A stretch of 64,000 nt of DNA, taken from Ruditapes philippinarum. Taxonomy: Eukaryota. Location of the stretch: contig NW_026863466.1 of NCBI RefSeq assembly GCF_026571515.1, positions 186,001-250,000 on the forward strand, in the 5' to 3' direction. A model generated the notes under the pieces. The model was not told the origin of the DNA. It saw nothing but the letters and a program-made list of their open reading frames with translations, and searched no databases. Below, in pieces: positions 28,411 through 41,110 of this stretch (position 1 is its first letter; each line of letters opens with the position of its first letter). The position numbers were made by a program, and so were the translations under genes.

Positions 28411-29134
28411 TATTATAATGTTACAAAATACCGAAAGCAATAAAATCGACCGGAACATACACCCATGCTTTAGTATCTGGTTGATATTAGTAGTTTGATT
28501 ATACATTATTGAGTACAATACTGAATTCTATTGGAAGAAACTTGGCTGTCAAAACTTTGTTGAACAAGGTGCCAGCCGAGTTCAATATTTTTTCAGGTGT
28601 GCACGAGAATGATAAATAACACTAATTGTTTTTAACAAAAAATAAACATAAATTAAAATATCATAAGTTATTTTGAATAAAGATATATAATCTACGTTGT
28701 GTGGATCTATTTGCTGTAAATAAAAAGAAAGTTGTATTTACTTAAGGGAAGAATATCATAACTGTATCAAATGATCTTCATTGTATCCCTCGCTTCGAAA
28801 CGATTTATGATTATCATAAAGATAAGATTTCAAATCAATGTTTAAATATATTGACTTAGTCGGCAAACTGTCTTTTTTTTAAATAGAGAATAGAGAAATA
28901 TCCAGGCAGAATCTTTTAGTCGAAGTTGCAAAAATTAATCATCTTTCTATACATTTCTGATAGGAAAATGGTTATCGAATGTGCATTTTTTTACAAATAT
29001 GTGAACAAACGTGTGCACCGAGTAATAGACTTAATAAATCTTGATCAGATCTCCTCTTTTCCAGGTTTAAAATTATTTACGTACATGTACAAGAAGGCTC
29101 GGTTGCAAAATTATGTTATACGTAAATAACATGC

Positions 29135-29396
29135 ATAGACTGATAATCTCGACGATGTGAGTTCATTTCCCGGGCTGACAAACTGATTACTTATCAGTCT
29201 TTCGGAAGAGATTTTAAATCAAAGTCCCGTGTATGAGTGCTTATGCACTGGGCGCGCTAAAGAACCAGGAAAAGCGTCTTAAATTGGGCCATCTTTCTGT
29301 ATCTTGACCAAAATCTAAATTCACAAATACTCATTTTGAGGACTCGCCCATTTGGTCAACCGGTGGCGAGTATACCTGAACTTAAAACACACACAA
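29135..29396 (+). mobile_element. Deu/Nin-domain SINE-like element in the copy 1 intron
   Basis: Degenerate B-box (GAGTTCATTTCCC), then GTCTTTCGGAAGAGATTTTAAATCAAAGTCCCGTGT...GCGCGCTAAAGAACCAGG, resembling the Nin/Deu central domain. (CA)n tail. Confidence 0.65.
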
Positions 29397-30269
29397 GTTT
29401 TTCAACCAACCGCAACGCTACGAAAAATACTAAGCGTAAAGGTGTTCCGATTGCCTTTAAGCCAAGCCGAAAATTTCATCCAATTAATCATTAAAAAAAA
29501 GTGTATCCCTTTCCACAAAATATATGCCATTGGAAGAAATATACGTAACGTTATTGATAATATTAAACATTCCGACATATCATTATTCATCGTATTAATC
29601 TCGAGGGCCCCATGAATATTTTTATTTTTTACTTCTCAAAAGCTTCAAAATATCGCTCTTATTTTAAGTGTCCTGTTTTAGTTTCAAAGTTACTCATTGG
29701 CCAGTTACTCGAACCGTCGTTTCTTTTGCTACTAGTTGTTAGTTAGAACGGTTGTAGTGATTCTGTATTTTGTATGAAAGTTGAAATACTACTTCATATT
29801 TATATTTTATTTTCTATGACAAATAAGTTCACATTCAGCGATACTTTCTTCAGGTGATAAGCATCTGACATGATATTCTCTAAAACCGTTATTTAAACGT
29901 TATTTTAATCATGTTCGCCCTTTCTTTAGGAGGAATAATATATTCGCTTCTGACGCATAACGTGGCTTTACGTATAAAAGAAGTGCAAAATATTGACCAT
30001 TGTATATTCTATATATTTTTTTCTAACAATTGAAAATAAAAATGACATCAAAAGAAATAAAAACTCGAAAACTAATTACTCCCAGTAGTGGCCTTTTCCG
30101 AAATTGAATAAGCAATAAGTTAACGTTGTCCTTGAGCTATTTAAATTTACTTATTACGTAACCTTTTAGTTAATTCTGGAATTGTATCCGCTTTGAGGTG
30201 TTTGTCTCATGCATATCACATTTTACCACGTTGTGTATAAATATCCAGTAATTTATTATTTTCTTACAG

Positions 30270-31179
30270 GTATACTGCAGTGACGTTTGAATGTAAATTG
30301 AATGGTAATGATACGCCATCATTTGTTTCACTGGTAACACATCCGTGTCAAAACGCTTTGAATCTCCTGAGTATAAAAAATGCCTCAAAAGTCGACACTT
30401 ACCAACGGCACTTTACGGTTTGTTTGGCGCCAATATTCAGCTACAGAAGTGCTCATGAATTCATCGAATGGGTAGAACTCAATCGAATTCTTGGTGTCGA
30501 CAAAGTTATCGGTTATGATTATTCAATATCGGAAGATGTGAAAAATATATTGAAATTCTATTCGGAACGCAATTTCACAGAAATTATTCCATGGAGACTT
30601 CCGTTTCCAGTTCAACATCACATTCATTACTTTGGTCAAACTGTTGCACTGAATGACTGCCTTTTCAGGACTAAGCAAATCTCAGAATTTATGTCAAATA
30701 TCGACTTGGATGAATACATTATTCCTCATTCGGGGAATGCTTTCAACTGGACTCAAATGATGAAAGATCTTGACCAATCGGCGGATGGATTCATTTTCAA
30801 AAATACCTTTTTCAGAAAAGAATGGACAAATGATGAGGTAGAATTCAAAGGAAAAGCAAAGGCCAAACAACTTAAGTTAATAACATTGAAACATTTTGAT
30901 CACGAGACAAAGATATATCACCACATGGCCCGTTCAAAGTATTTTGTTAGGCCATCACGTGTCAATTATATTCTTATACACGAAATCCCCAATGCACGCG
31001 TTGTTAAAGTTACTTCACAAATAGGTTTGCTCCATCACTATAGAAACTGGGAGAATTACGAGGATAAACAGCAAAGGGTTAAAGATACTACGGTCCTCGA
31101 CAAATTTGAAAAGGCGCTCATCAGCAACGTTGAAAGCGTATGGAAAGAATTAAAGTTGGAGAATCTAATGTTAGAATAA
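30270..31179 (+). CDS. GT92-family glycosyltransferase, copy 1, coding exon 2 of 2 (catalytic domain); spliced protein 475 aa
   Basis: Acceptor TTTTCTTACAG|G at 30269/30270. CC+G TAT ACT GCA GTG joins in frame with the 299-aa ORF. GT92-type motifs: FTVCLAPIF, EWVELNRILGVDK, YFGQTVALNDCLFR, DxD (IDLDEYIIP), RSKYFVRP, LLHHYR. TAA ends at 31179. Confidence 0.92.
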
Positions 31180-32306
31180 AACACTTACTGCAGGAAACTA
31201 AATTTTGCTTCAAAGATTAGAGGTATTTTGATGAATGTACTTTCGAAACACAGAACAGATAATAAAGGACATAATTATAATCCTCTGTTGGAGATTAATG
31301 TTGACTTTCAACTGTAAACACTGGAGGTGTGTTGAAATATCTAAATTATTATTATGTCATTTATAATTAATTATTTTAATCGATAGTTTTTGTATAAACT
31401 CCTTTAGTGTTTGTTCACCATTCAATTTTCAAACTGATTTGTTTGTTTAGGATTCTACTGTTATTTTCTAGTTATGTTTTAGTTATAATTAGTTTTCAAA
31501 GGTTACATGACCCAGTTCAAACGGCAATAAGCTAATACAACCTGATCCGCTCCTAGGGTTGTATGAAAAAGGATCATTAATACACGATCATATGAAATTT
31601 CTAAAGCTCAAACGTTTACAAGAAAATCATTTTTTTGTAAAATGTACTAAAAAAAAAAATGAAAATAAAAAAATTTTTTTTTTTTAAATTTAAAGATTCA
31701 AGTGAAAATTTTACATTTTTAGATTTTGTTATATTTAAAAACACTTAAAAAGTAGATTTTCCCTTTTTTATTAAACTAATCTTTGAAATTTTTAAAAATA
31801 TTAGAAGTAAACAGGAATTCATTAGTATTGCGGTGCATGTTTCCGTTTTCTATTTTACAAATTTATAAGACTTAGTATTCCTGGATTAAAGTAATATAAA
31901 TACAGATTTGGTCTGCATTTTGAAATATGTTAACACTATAACAAACACATTATATTGCTTGAAATGAAAATGTTCTAGGAATCTATGTAATGCTTGAAAT
32001 GAACGATATAGCAACCTGTCTATACGTAAAGTAATAATTAAATGCAAGTAAGGCAAAGGAAAAAAGGAACGAAAAGAAATCAAATTCAGTAAATGTCATT
32101 TCAGACGTTTTACATACTCACTAGAAACGTCTTTTTTTTGGCCGATGGATGCAGTAACTAGGCATTTTTTTATTCTGAAAAGGAATACCAGACATATTCT
32201 ATAAAGTAATTGTCATAATAATTAACGATACAAGACGTTTTCCATTACAACATACTTGTCAGACAAATAAGTCATCTGTAATAAGCAAAGTGAACGAGAA
32301 ACACTG

Positions 32307-32416
32307 ATGTGGCATATTAATCACTTCAATTTCGTTGACATACATTTATTTTTCGTTTCTAATGTGGCATATTAATCACTTTAATTTCGTTGACATATAT
32401 TTATTTTTCGTTTCTA
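32307..32416 (+). repeat. 55-bp tandem duplication
   Basis: ATGTGGCATATTAATCACTT...TTTCGTTTCTA at 32307 and 32362. Single at about 61677. Confidence 0.88.
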
Positions 32417-34050
32417 AAATGTATAAGCATTTTTTTAAAACGGATAATCGTTAAATGTTCTTAAACGGAATGATATTTTCTTAAAGCGGAAATCTACTTA
32501 TATGCGACCATTAATATGTTGATTGTCTCTTTAAGGTGTTTTGACATGACAGGACTGGAAATATATATTGTTTTCGAGATTAAAGTCCTATGCGATGTAA
32601 CTGTCTACAGTTTTAAAAATATCATTCGCTATCTGCGTGTTTTTAATGAGTATGCTAATTGTGAAAATGGCCTAATTTATTGCACCATTTTTCATTTTAA
32701 ATGAGCTAACAATAGCACACAATACGATTTTCAATTTATACCTTTTATTATATTTCTTTTATATATTTTGCATATAATTATGTCTGTTGTTTTAAGTGCC
32801 CCAGTTGTGTTGTAAGAAATTTAAATTTAATGATTTTAGATTTTTGTACCTTAGTGGAGTTCCTTTTAAGTGAAATGGCCTATAATGAAACGTTTAATGT
32901 AATAAAATAAATAATTATGTTGATAGTATATTTAGATACAGATATAACAGCAAACCACGAAAGATGTTGTTGGCAAGTGTGCATTACATGATCCGATATT
33001 ACATACATTTATAAAGCAGATAATTAAATGTTCTAGAACAAAATATTTGACTTCAATACAAAAAACTAAATACTAAATCACTTTAACTGTACCAGTTGCT
33101 AAAACGCATAGCTCAGATATATGTCCAACGTGTAAACTTTAGGAAACTATAGGAGGACCCCACAGTTTAAATGCTTTTGAGAAATAAGAATAACACTATT
33201 TTAGGCTTAATGTGCCTTTAAGGTATTTTATCTATTTTATCTATTTGTACTTCTTATCTTATGAGATTAATAATGCACGCTTGCAATGTGAATCTTAAGT
33301 GCGTTTCACGACATTTATCTGATTTTTAAGATAATGATTTACCAAGTTGTATTTAGATTAAAGGCTATTTGTAAAAAGTACTTGATCAACAATGAAAATG
33401 ATAGCAATCAACTAGATAACTTGTTAAACGTCTTGATAAGACTGTTTGTATTATTGATCTGTGGCAAACAGCAAAGGGTAAAAAAATAATTTATAAATGT
33501 TTTTCTCAAGAAAACAAAAACAAATAAGTCAATCTGTATACGAAATAATAGTTTAAAGACAGTTAACCTATAGAATTAAAACAAGTTAATAAATGCTAAT
33601 AAAGACAGATAAACCGTTTTACTGACTTAAACAATTGGCTGCTCGTTGGCTGTTATAATAATATGCTTTACCTGTCGCAGATGCCTACATATCATTTCAA
33701 TATAATAATTTACAGGACAGATGGCCTAATCACTTTTAATGTTGAAGCTTTTTTATTTTACAACACAGGTTTCCCATTTAATTAAAGAAGCGAAATCATT
33801 ATTTTGAAGAAAAAAAAACAAAACAAAACACACACATTATTTTTAGACTTGCACGCTGTCAACACAACATATTGATTAAAATTATAAATGACAAAATAAA
33901 TATTCAAGGTGTCAATCATTTACGATGCATGCTTAAAATATGACACAAATCTATCTAATAGTCCCAATTATCTGCCAGAAACTGTTTGAGAAACAAGGTG
34001 ACTGAACATTGTCAGTTTGGTTCCAAAATGAATATGAAGCATATTTATGA

Positions 34051-34175
34051 AATAGAGAAAAACAGAATCCCTAAAGAAAGTCCAACACAACAAAATTGAA
34101 AATGTTGCAGGCTCGGTTTGATTGAGCCTGTTCATGGACGGTACTGGAAAGTGCAAATTACCGTCCACGCCCCCT
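34051..34175 (+). repeat. Dispersed double-hairpin element, subfamily 1 (other copies about 10727-10816, 20681-21327 interrupted, 38685-38801, 53167-53306)
   Basis: CAGGCTC-ggtttgatt-GAGCCTG (34108-34130) followed by TGGACGGTA-15 nt-TACCGTCCA (34135-34167). Confidence 0.8.
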
Positions 34176-34614
34176 ATTTTTTAGGCCGATTTGTCATATT
34201 ATGGGCCGTTTTAACTTGAGGCCGATTTCACTTAAGACCAAATTAACTGTCATACCAAATGACACGTTCTAAAACCAGCTATTCATGTCAATAGCATTAA
34301 CATCAGTGTCATTAAAGATAGAAACACTTGTTCCTTGGAAAAATATTATGATATTTATTACCTGTAAAAAAAAACAAATAAAGCTTGGATGTTTTACGAT
34401 CATTGATCTCTTTCTTATAATTATTACGGTATCTGGATATCACTCAACTGCACAGTTTATGTGCTTCATCTTCATAGAAGATTCAATTTTAATATCTGGA
34501 AAAAAGTGATCAGTTACATTACTTGAAAATTGCAGACTCATTTTTATTGAGTCTGCGCATGAGGGATAATTATAACGTGTTAAACTTTTCATGTTAACAG
34601 AGGATACTAGGTTT

Positions 34615-34778
34615 AAAAATCTGGAAACAAAGTGATCCCTCGGAAGCATTAATCACAACAAAATTACAAGAGAACTGCAGACTCGGTTTGATTGAGTCTG
34701 TACATGAGGGATAATGAATACGTGCAACATCCCTCACGCCCCCTAGCATCGGCTTGAGCGGTACTCAATTCTCAACAC
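34615..34778 (+). repeat. Dispersed double-hairpin element, subfamily 2 (partial copy about 34493-34580; minus-strand copies about 5976-6139 and 41165-41321)
   Basis: CAGACTC-ggtttgatt-GAGTCTG (34678-34700) followed by TGAGGGAT-16 nt-ATCCCTCA (34705-34736). Confidence 0.8.
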
Positions 34779-35513
34779 ATAATAGTGTCTGTATCAATGA
34801 TCCCGAAGGACCAGAAAAATATAACAACACTGAAGTGAAACCTATAATAGATTTAAACAAATACATTTGTAATCATATTGAAATTATAAGTCTAGAAAAT
34901 TGTATTCCACGTACAAAAGTAACATACTACATTACAAGAATCTCCCTTTTCCAAAACCCTTATTTTTATATTTGCTATAAAAATTTTAATAAAAAAAAAA
35001 AGTTTTTTTGCTTTGGGAAAAGCATGCCCCAAAGTCAAAGGGATTTTCATTTTTATTTCAAATAAGGCAAGTTAAACCAAATAACTCACCAGTTGAATGA
35101 TTATACATTTGCATCTGCTAAAAATTTTCACCAATTCTGTTTGGTTTGTAATTTCCCCAGATATTGGAAATGATAGCTTTGTCTGAAAACTGCTGAAATC
35201 AAGTGTTATGTAAATAGTTTGTTTCAGCGTAATATATTTGAAGCATAAAGGACTTATTTAGATGCCTTGTATCATCTCTCGGAGCTGGAAATTACAAAAT
35301 AATTGTCTTTAGAGAGAAAACATTTTCAGCAATCTATTTTCACATATTTTTGAATCTGGTTCAAGACCAAAGGTATACGAGTTGTATTTCAACCACTGAT
35401 AACTAGTTATTATGATTGAATTCTTAGTTGTGATGAGGCAATCTTACTTTTCTTTCATGTACAAATGTTTATCAAATCGGCTGTTTGTTAATAAAATATA
35501 ATAATGACACTTA

Positions 35514-36030
35514 TACGAGGGGTGTTCAAATATTGATGCAACTGGGTCAATTTTCAGACGTGCTTAACAAACAGTGCCAAAATAATAAAAATAATGAATA
35601 AATCGTTCAAAATACTCACCACCATGTGATATACAAAGTTTTAGTCTTTTAATCCAGTTTTTAAATGCGTGTTCATAATCTTTTCGTGGTATACTCTCCA
35701 GACACTGAAAAATAGCCGAACCGAGATTTTTTCGCGTTTGTTTTCTTCCAGCAAGACGTTTTTTGAGCTTCGGAATTAGGAAAATGACACAAGGGGCAAG
35801 ATCTAGCGAATAATGACGGAAAGGAAGCTCGACCATCTTTTCCTGATTCAGATATCATCGTACAATGGAAGCTTTGTGTGACGAAGCAATGTCATGCAAC
35901 CACCTGGTACCACGGAGACCAGTTGCTTGTCGACGGATTTTCAAACATTCTTAAATTTATGAACGACATTGCCTTTGTAAAACTTGGCATTTACAGATCT
36001 ACCCTTTGGTACGGCAATTTGAATAGCAAA
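35514..36030 (-). mobile_element. Tc1/mariner (mariner-type) transposon remnant: 3' part of a transposase pseudogene plus one TIR
   Basis: Minus-strand translation across stops and frameshifts gives PKGRSVNAKFY...WLHDIASSH...YSLDLAPCVIFLIPKLK...WIKRLKLCISHGGEYFE. These are degenerate HDNARPH and YSPDLAPxD motifs plus the W-R-C-G.YFE C-terminus. Terminus TA+TACGAGGGGTGTTCAAAT at 35512-35531. Confidence 0.88.
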
Positions 36031-37710
36031 ACATTGATTGGTCAAGAAAATTACAAACATGACAATTTTTTACGCTCATGGTGCGGTTTGCTATTAAGGA
36101 AGCTCTTTTTAGGTGTCTAAATTTATAACTTTAAAATTGTAAATATATCATCGGTATGTAAAAGATAGTACAGCAGTATATTCAGAATTAAATTGAAGAC
36201 CAATATTTTTGTGCAATTCATGTTCAGACATCAGCTTCCTAGGAAATAATCAAGTCTTTAAAAGGTCTGCTTCCCTGGAAGAAGCATGACTTAGGAGAGA
36301 AATCTGCTTTGAAGTAGTGCAGACAGGCTAAGATGTACAACAGGTCCAATACTGGGCAGCAAGTCTTATAAAATTTAAAATAAGGTACGTTTTTTGGCCG
36401 CAACCTCAAAGGGAAAAAGCACGTACAAAGGGAGTGGGGAGGAAGTTCCCCTAAAATTTCCCGGGGAGTTTCAAAGGGAAATTAGATAAATTTTAAAAGA
36501 GAAAGAATAGGCACAAGTCGAGTACTTCAACAAATCCAGGTAGTTCAGCACCAAAAGTTGTTCAGGAAGTAAAGGTATTGCAACACTTGAATAATTGAGC
36601 AAACTAGATACTGCAGCAATCTCAGATTGCGCAGCATGTAGGTAGTAGTCAAGCAGCAAGCAAATATTTTCGTAGCAAATCAGAATATCACAGCAAATTA
36701 ATGATATTTTCAAGAGCGTTACTTTACCAAATGCTCAGAATATTATTAAAATCTCTAAAGTGGAACCAAAACTTGACACTCCACATATATTCTTATGGAT
36801 CTGACAATACCGGTACATGCTTATAGAAACGGTTCATATATATGAACAGTATTTGATCAAGATTGGAAAAATACACGACATTAGTATGAACCATTTATTT
36901 TCTTGTGCTCCTAATTGATTTATATTAACAGCTTCTGTTTGAATATCACTTCAGTGCTGTTTGTTTTGGACCGCGCTGTGTGTTCCTTAAGACCATTTGC
37001 ATAAATAATTAAGACGATTGGAAACTAATTGCAGCGGGATTCGTGAGAAAATGTCAATAATTGGCTCGAGCAATTATCTTTGATAATATAAGAAGTTATA
37101 TAGAAAGTTAAATCATGCGATTTCAAATTTATTTAACACTGTCATCTATTATGGGTTATAATTCGGTTTTGACTTAATGTGGACTACCACAAATGGTGAT
37201 AATTACTTCCTAGGAAGAATAATCAATGGGATGCTTGTTGCCTAACAACTTGACTCACAATCTTTCATTATATAAAGTTTAAACAAAGTACGTAGACAAT
37301 GTAAAAGTTTAATAAATTGTTCCTATCTTGTACTAGCTAAATTTGGAGGCATTCATTTTAGCGTTGCATAATATTGTAACTTTGCAATTTTATAACAAAC
37401 TATGTTTTGAGTTTTATCAGTTTTAACCAAAGATGTTAAACTTTCATTGTTGCATGTCTTGCATTCATAGAAAACATGAAACATTTAAATCCTTGAAGCA
37501 TTAAACACCTTAATTAATGAAAATGCCAGTAATTAGAAACTATTCATTTATTTCGTCACAGATTTAGGTTTTATTGAAAATTAAACTAGACTTTCTTTTA
37601 ACTAAATGCTTTATTGTTAGAAATCACCATTAAGGAAAATACCAGATGGAAAGACGATATAATTATTTAGAGAACATAACTGAATGAAGTTAAACAGGGC
37701 TGGGAATCAA

Positions 37711-37959
37711 AACTGCGTCGTATCCTGCAAAATGTAAACAAACGCCGCCATCTTGGAACGAAAAACGTATGTTTTTGTTTATAACTCTTTTTGTTGGAAA
37801 TGACAGAAAACCAGATATATGTATTAACACGCTGCGCTATTTTCCGCTTCGTTCGTTAAATGTTGCTTGCACAACTATTTTGTAAAACAAAAGTTATAGC
37901 GAACTTGCAACTCGAAGCGGGGCAGAATTTTTATGAAAAAGTGTGGATACGACGCAGTT
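37711..37959. mobile_element. Probable MITE remnant bounded by a perfect 15-bp inverted repeat
   Basis: AACTGCGTCGTATCC (37711-37725) / GGATACGACGCAGTT (37945-37959). CpG-rich interior containing CGCCGCCATCTTG. Confidence 0.6.
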
Positions 37960-40796
37960 AATATTGCTTTATCTATCGTTTTTTCCTTCAAATGTAACTG
38001 TTTAGGAATTTATATCTTCATATATACATGTAGCGGAATCTCAAAGTAATAGCTTTCTTCTACAAGATAAAAATAATTACCACATCACATGGTTTTCTTT
38101 AGCCTTCTGGTGGCAACAGATTTGACAACCGTGCCTAAAATTGATTTAGTCCACACTGAAAGTTGGACAAGCACATTCAAGCTATAAATGTGACCATAAT
38201 GCTAGTTATCGAGAAATAACAGTAAAGAAGAAATGTTAATGTTTACATATCATGTAATAAGGGCGGAAGAGTGCCCGTTACCGCCTTTTACATTCAGTGC
38301 TCTAGGAACAGAATATACTTTGTTTACAATAACTGCATGCCAAACGTGGCCACGAATTGTTCAAAGTATGCTTATTATAAAGTTATGGTTTTCCTATTAG
38401 CAAAAGCCGTACTTTGCAAAAGTGTTCAGTTATTATCTCTTGTTTGTTAAAGATTAGCATTGAAACATGTCTAAATGTTCTTGTTCTTGTAAAAAACAAC
38501 TCCACAGTTATTCATCATGAAATTACTGTATAGCTTTGATAATGTTAAAATAAAATGAAATAAAAAAAAAACACACACAATCTCTTCTTATTCCAAACAT
38601 CTATTTATATTAGTAACTTACGTTTTGAATCGAGCTAATGTAAAGAAATATAAGTCCGAGATTTACAACATAGACTGCATCCTGAAATAGAGAAACAGAA
38701 TTACTTAAGAACGTTTAAATAGGAAAATGAAAATGTTGCAGGCCCGCATTAATTTAGCCTGTTTCTAGACGACAGTAGTAATAAGCAACCACAGTTCACG
38801 CCATCAAAGCCAAATCCGTGACTTGAAACATAATTTCATATAAATACTTTCTGGAATCTTTGATTTATAACATTTTCAATGTTTTTGCAATCGCCACTTA
38901 CGTTAAACTAATTTTTGAGAAATCGCATGAACAAGTTTTACTTGACAGCAGGAGAAATCAATTCTCCTACACGTGTAAAGTACACAAAAAGAAAACATGA
39001 CAGAAAAGGAATAAGTGATTTATTTGGGACACTGGCGAAAATTGATAGACGGCTGACGCATTGATGCTGACAATGTTAAATGGCAAGTCAAGTATTGATT
39101 ATAATTAGGGTGATGAAGGTCCCAATTTATTTTTTTCCAGAGACACTCTATTAAACTTTCGAAGACTAATGAGCTACATCAAATATTTATTACGACCAGC
39201 AAATGATGTATATTCGAGTAAACATATCTTATCGTATTTTTTATCAGGATGCATATTGACTTATGTGATGCTTAGTTATCAGTACTGTATTAAATTGCTT
39301 AGTTGTAACGTGTTAGTTGTAACGTGTAATAGATTGTATTTAGTCGTACCAGGTAAAGCACTGTTAAAATTAATTTTGTATTGTATCTTTATCCAGAGAT
39401 CATTGATAAACGAATATTAAAAAGAATAAGAGTGCAAACTATATTAAAATTTCTTTTCGATCTTTATAGCAAGTTATTCTTATAGCATTTAACTATAAAC
39501 AATAACTAGTCAAGCTTAGTACACAAATATATATCATACACTTTGTTTCATTCATTCTTGAGAGAAAGTATGTAATATCAATCTGCTTATGCAAGATTAA
39601 TGCATAATAAGTGAGTTTTTGTATACATAGTTGTAATATTTATTGCACATAAAGGGTGTCATAAATCAAAAGTCATTGAAAATAAAAGAGTACTTGATCG
39701 TAATAAATAGTTGCCTTAAGTTACATATGGATTTTTGTATAAATATTAAAATACCGCATACCATTTCATTGAGAAACAAAACATTATCTTCAAAAAAACG
39801 TAACATTCAGTACAAAAAAATGATGAGGGGTCTCTTGTAAGCAAATAAAACAAATAAAACGTTACATTTTTCGTAAAATAATTTATGTTAAAAAATTAAA
39901 GTAAACTTTAATTATAAACGTCTCATTAAAATTAATAAATGTAAAGCTAAAATAAAAAAACAGTAACCTAAAAAAAAATAAACACATAAATCTTATGTTT
40001 TCCTTCAGTTTTCATAGTGTGCAGTACCCCAAAGTGACTGAGCTTAACAAAATGGTAAGCTGCGTGTTTTTTCCAAAAACTCGACAGTATGGATTTTTGT
40101 TTTTGGCTTTGTTATTACCAAAATATTTTTATAAATAAATGTGGTATTTGTTATTTGGAATAATCAGGGCACAATGAAATGTTGATCTTTTCCTGATTGG
40201 TCTAGGATTAGATTAAATCAAGATGGAATTGAATCGTCCGAAGACTTATAGCTGATTATGCTGCCGGTATAACAAAGGTTAACAAACGGCCAAAGATGGT
40301 CAACCCTACGTCGCTTTTCATTTGTATCTATTACTAAAATAAAGCATCAGATGAATAAAGAATACGTATCAAGCGGGCATATATAACTACAAAAAGCGTT
40401 GGACTAGAAAAAAAATTCCTCATATATTGATAATTGTGTATTCAAAAAAAAAGCATAGCTGAAATTGTATAAAAACTGAAATCAGATGCATTTCGGCAAA
40501 ATATTGTGTTCTAAATTAATTACATTAAAATGCACAATAATTATACAGGTTTGAAAGGATATACTTATACACACTTTTTAACTGACAATGAATAAATAAC
40601 GTGATTCAATCAGAAATTAAAGTGTCTTATAATTGTGCGTTATTTGTAACAAAACGTCTTATAGATGATCCCAATCAAATTATCTCCCCTAGAATGTTAA
40701 AAAAATTAGATACTTAAATGGTTTATTGATAAATATTCTTTAGCAGTAAAAGTCACATATGCTGTAACTGTCGTTATTGCATTTATTATACACTGG

Positions 40797-41110
40797 TACG
40801 AGGGGTGATCAAGAATTATGTAGACTGGTTCAATATCTTTGAAACGGACCCATATAACATGCATAAAATATTTTTATTTACATCACTGTCATGACCTATC
40901 TCTTTGCCATTTACAAGGAGCTGTAAATCATTCATGCATTACTCAGAGCAGAATAACTAGCATAATTGTAACTATAGTAACGCGTTACCGGCCCAGGTGC
41001 TATTTTTATATATAATTGCTTTCTTCAATGCATCATAATTTCGACACTGTTATCAAAATAACAGAACAATGTGGGAATATGTTTTCGGGCGTTTGTATGA
41101 CGTCGAATAA
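40797..41110. mobile_element. Mariner-like terminal fragment, specific to unit 2
   Basis: Begins TACGAGGGGTGATCAAGAATTATGTAGACTGG, similar to the TIR at 35514. Occupies the place of about 5213-5928 of unit 1. Confidence 0.6.

Larger units (their letters stand above)
26897..30269 (+). other. GT-AG intron of GT92 copy 1 (3373 bp)
   Basis: GTAAAT...TTCTTACAG. Removing it restores one reading frame, and the same position and phase occur in copy 2. Confidence 0.88.
4116..34258 (+). repeat. Segmental duplication unit 1 (direct repeat of about 39589-64000)
   Basis: Collinear homology from ATGCAAGATTAATGCATAATAAGTG (about 4116 and 39589) to AATTAACTGTCAT (about 34250 and 63990), including the GT92 gene. 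Many indels. Confidence 0.9.

Noticed and set aside
30280-31179. Stand-alone GTG-initiated 299-aa gene, with the 173-aa ORF as a separate gene
   Set aside because: Canonical splice sites join them in frame in both paralogs, so GTG is an internal Val codon.
36230-36720. GC-richer stretch resembling decayed coding sequence (possible retroelement gag-like remnant)
   Set aside because: Multiple stops, no motif I can identify, and overlap with a low-quality homopolymer patch. Needs BLASTx.
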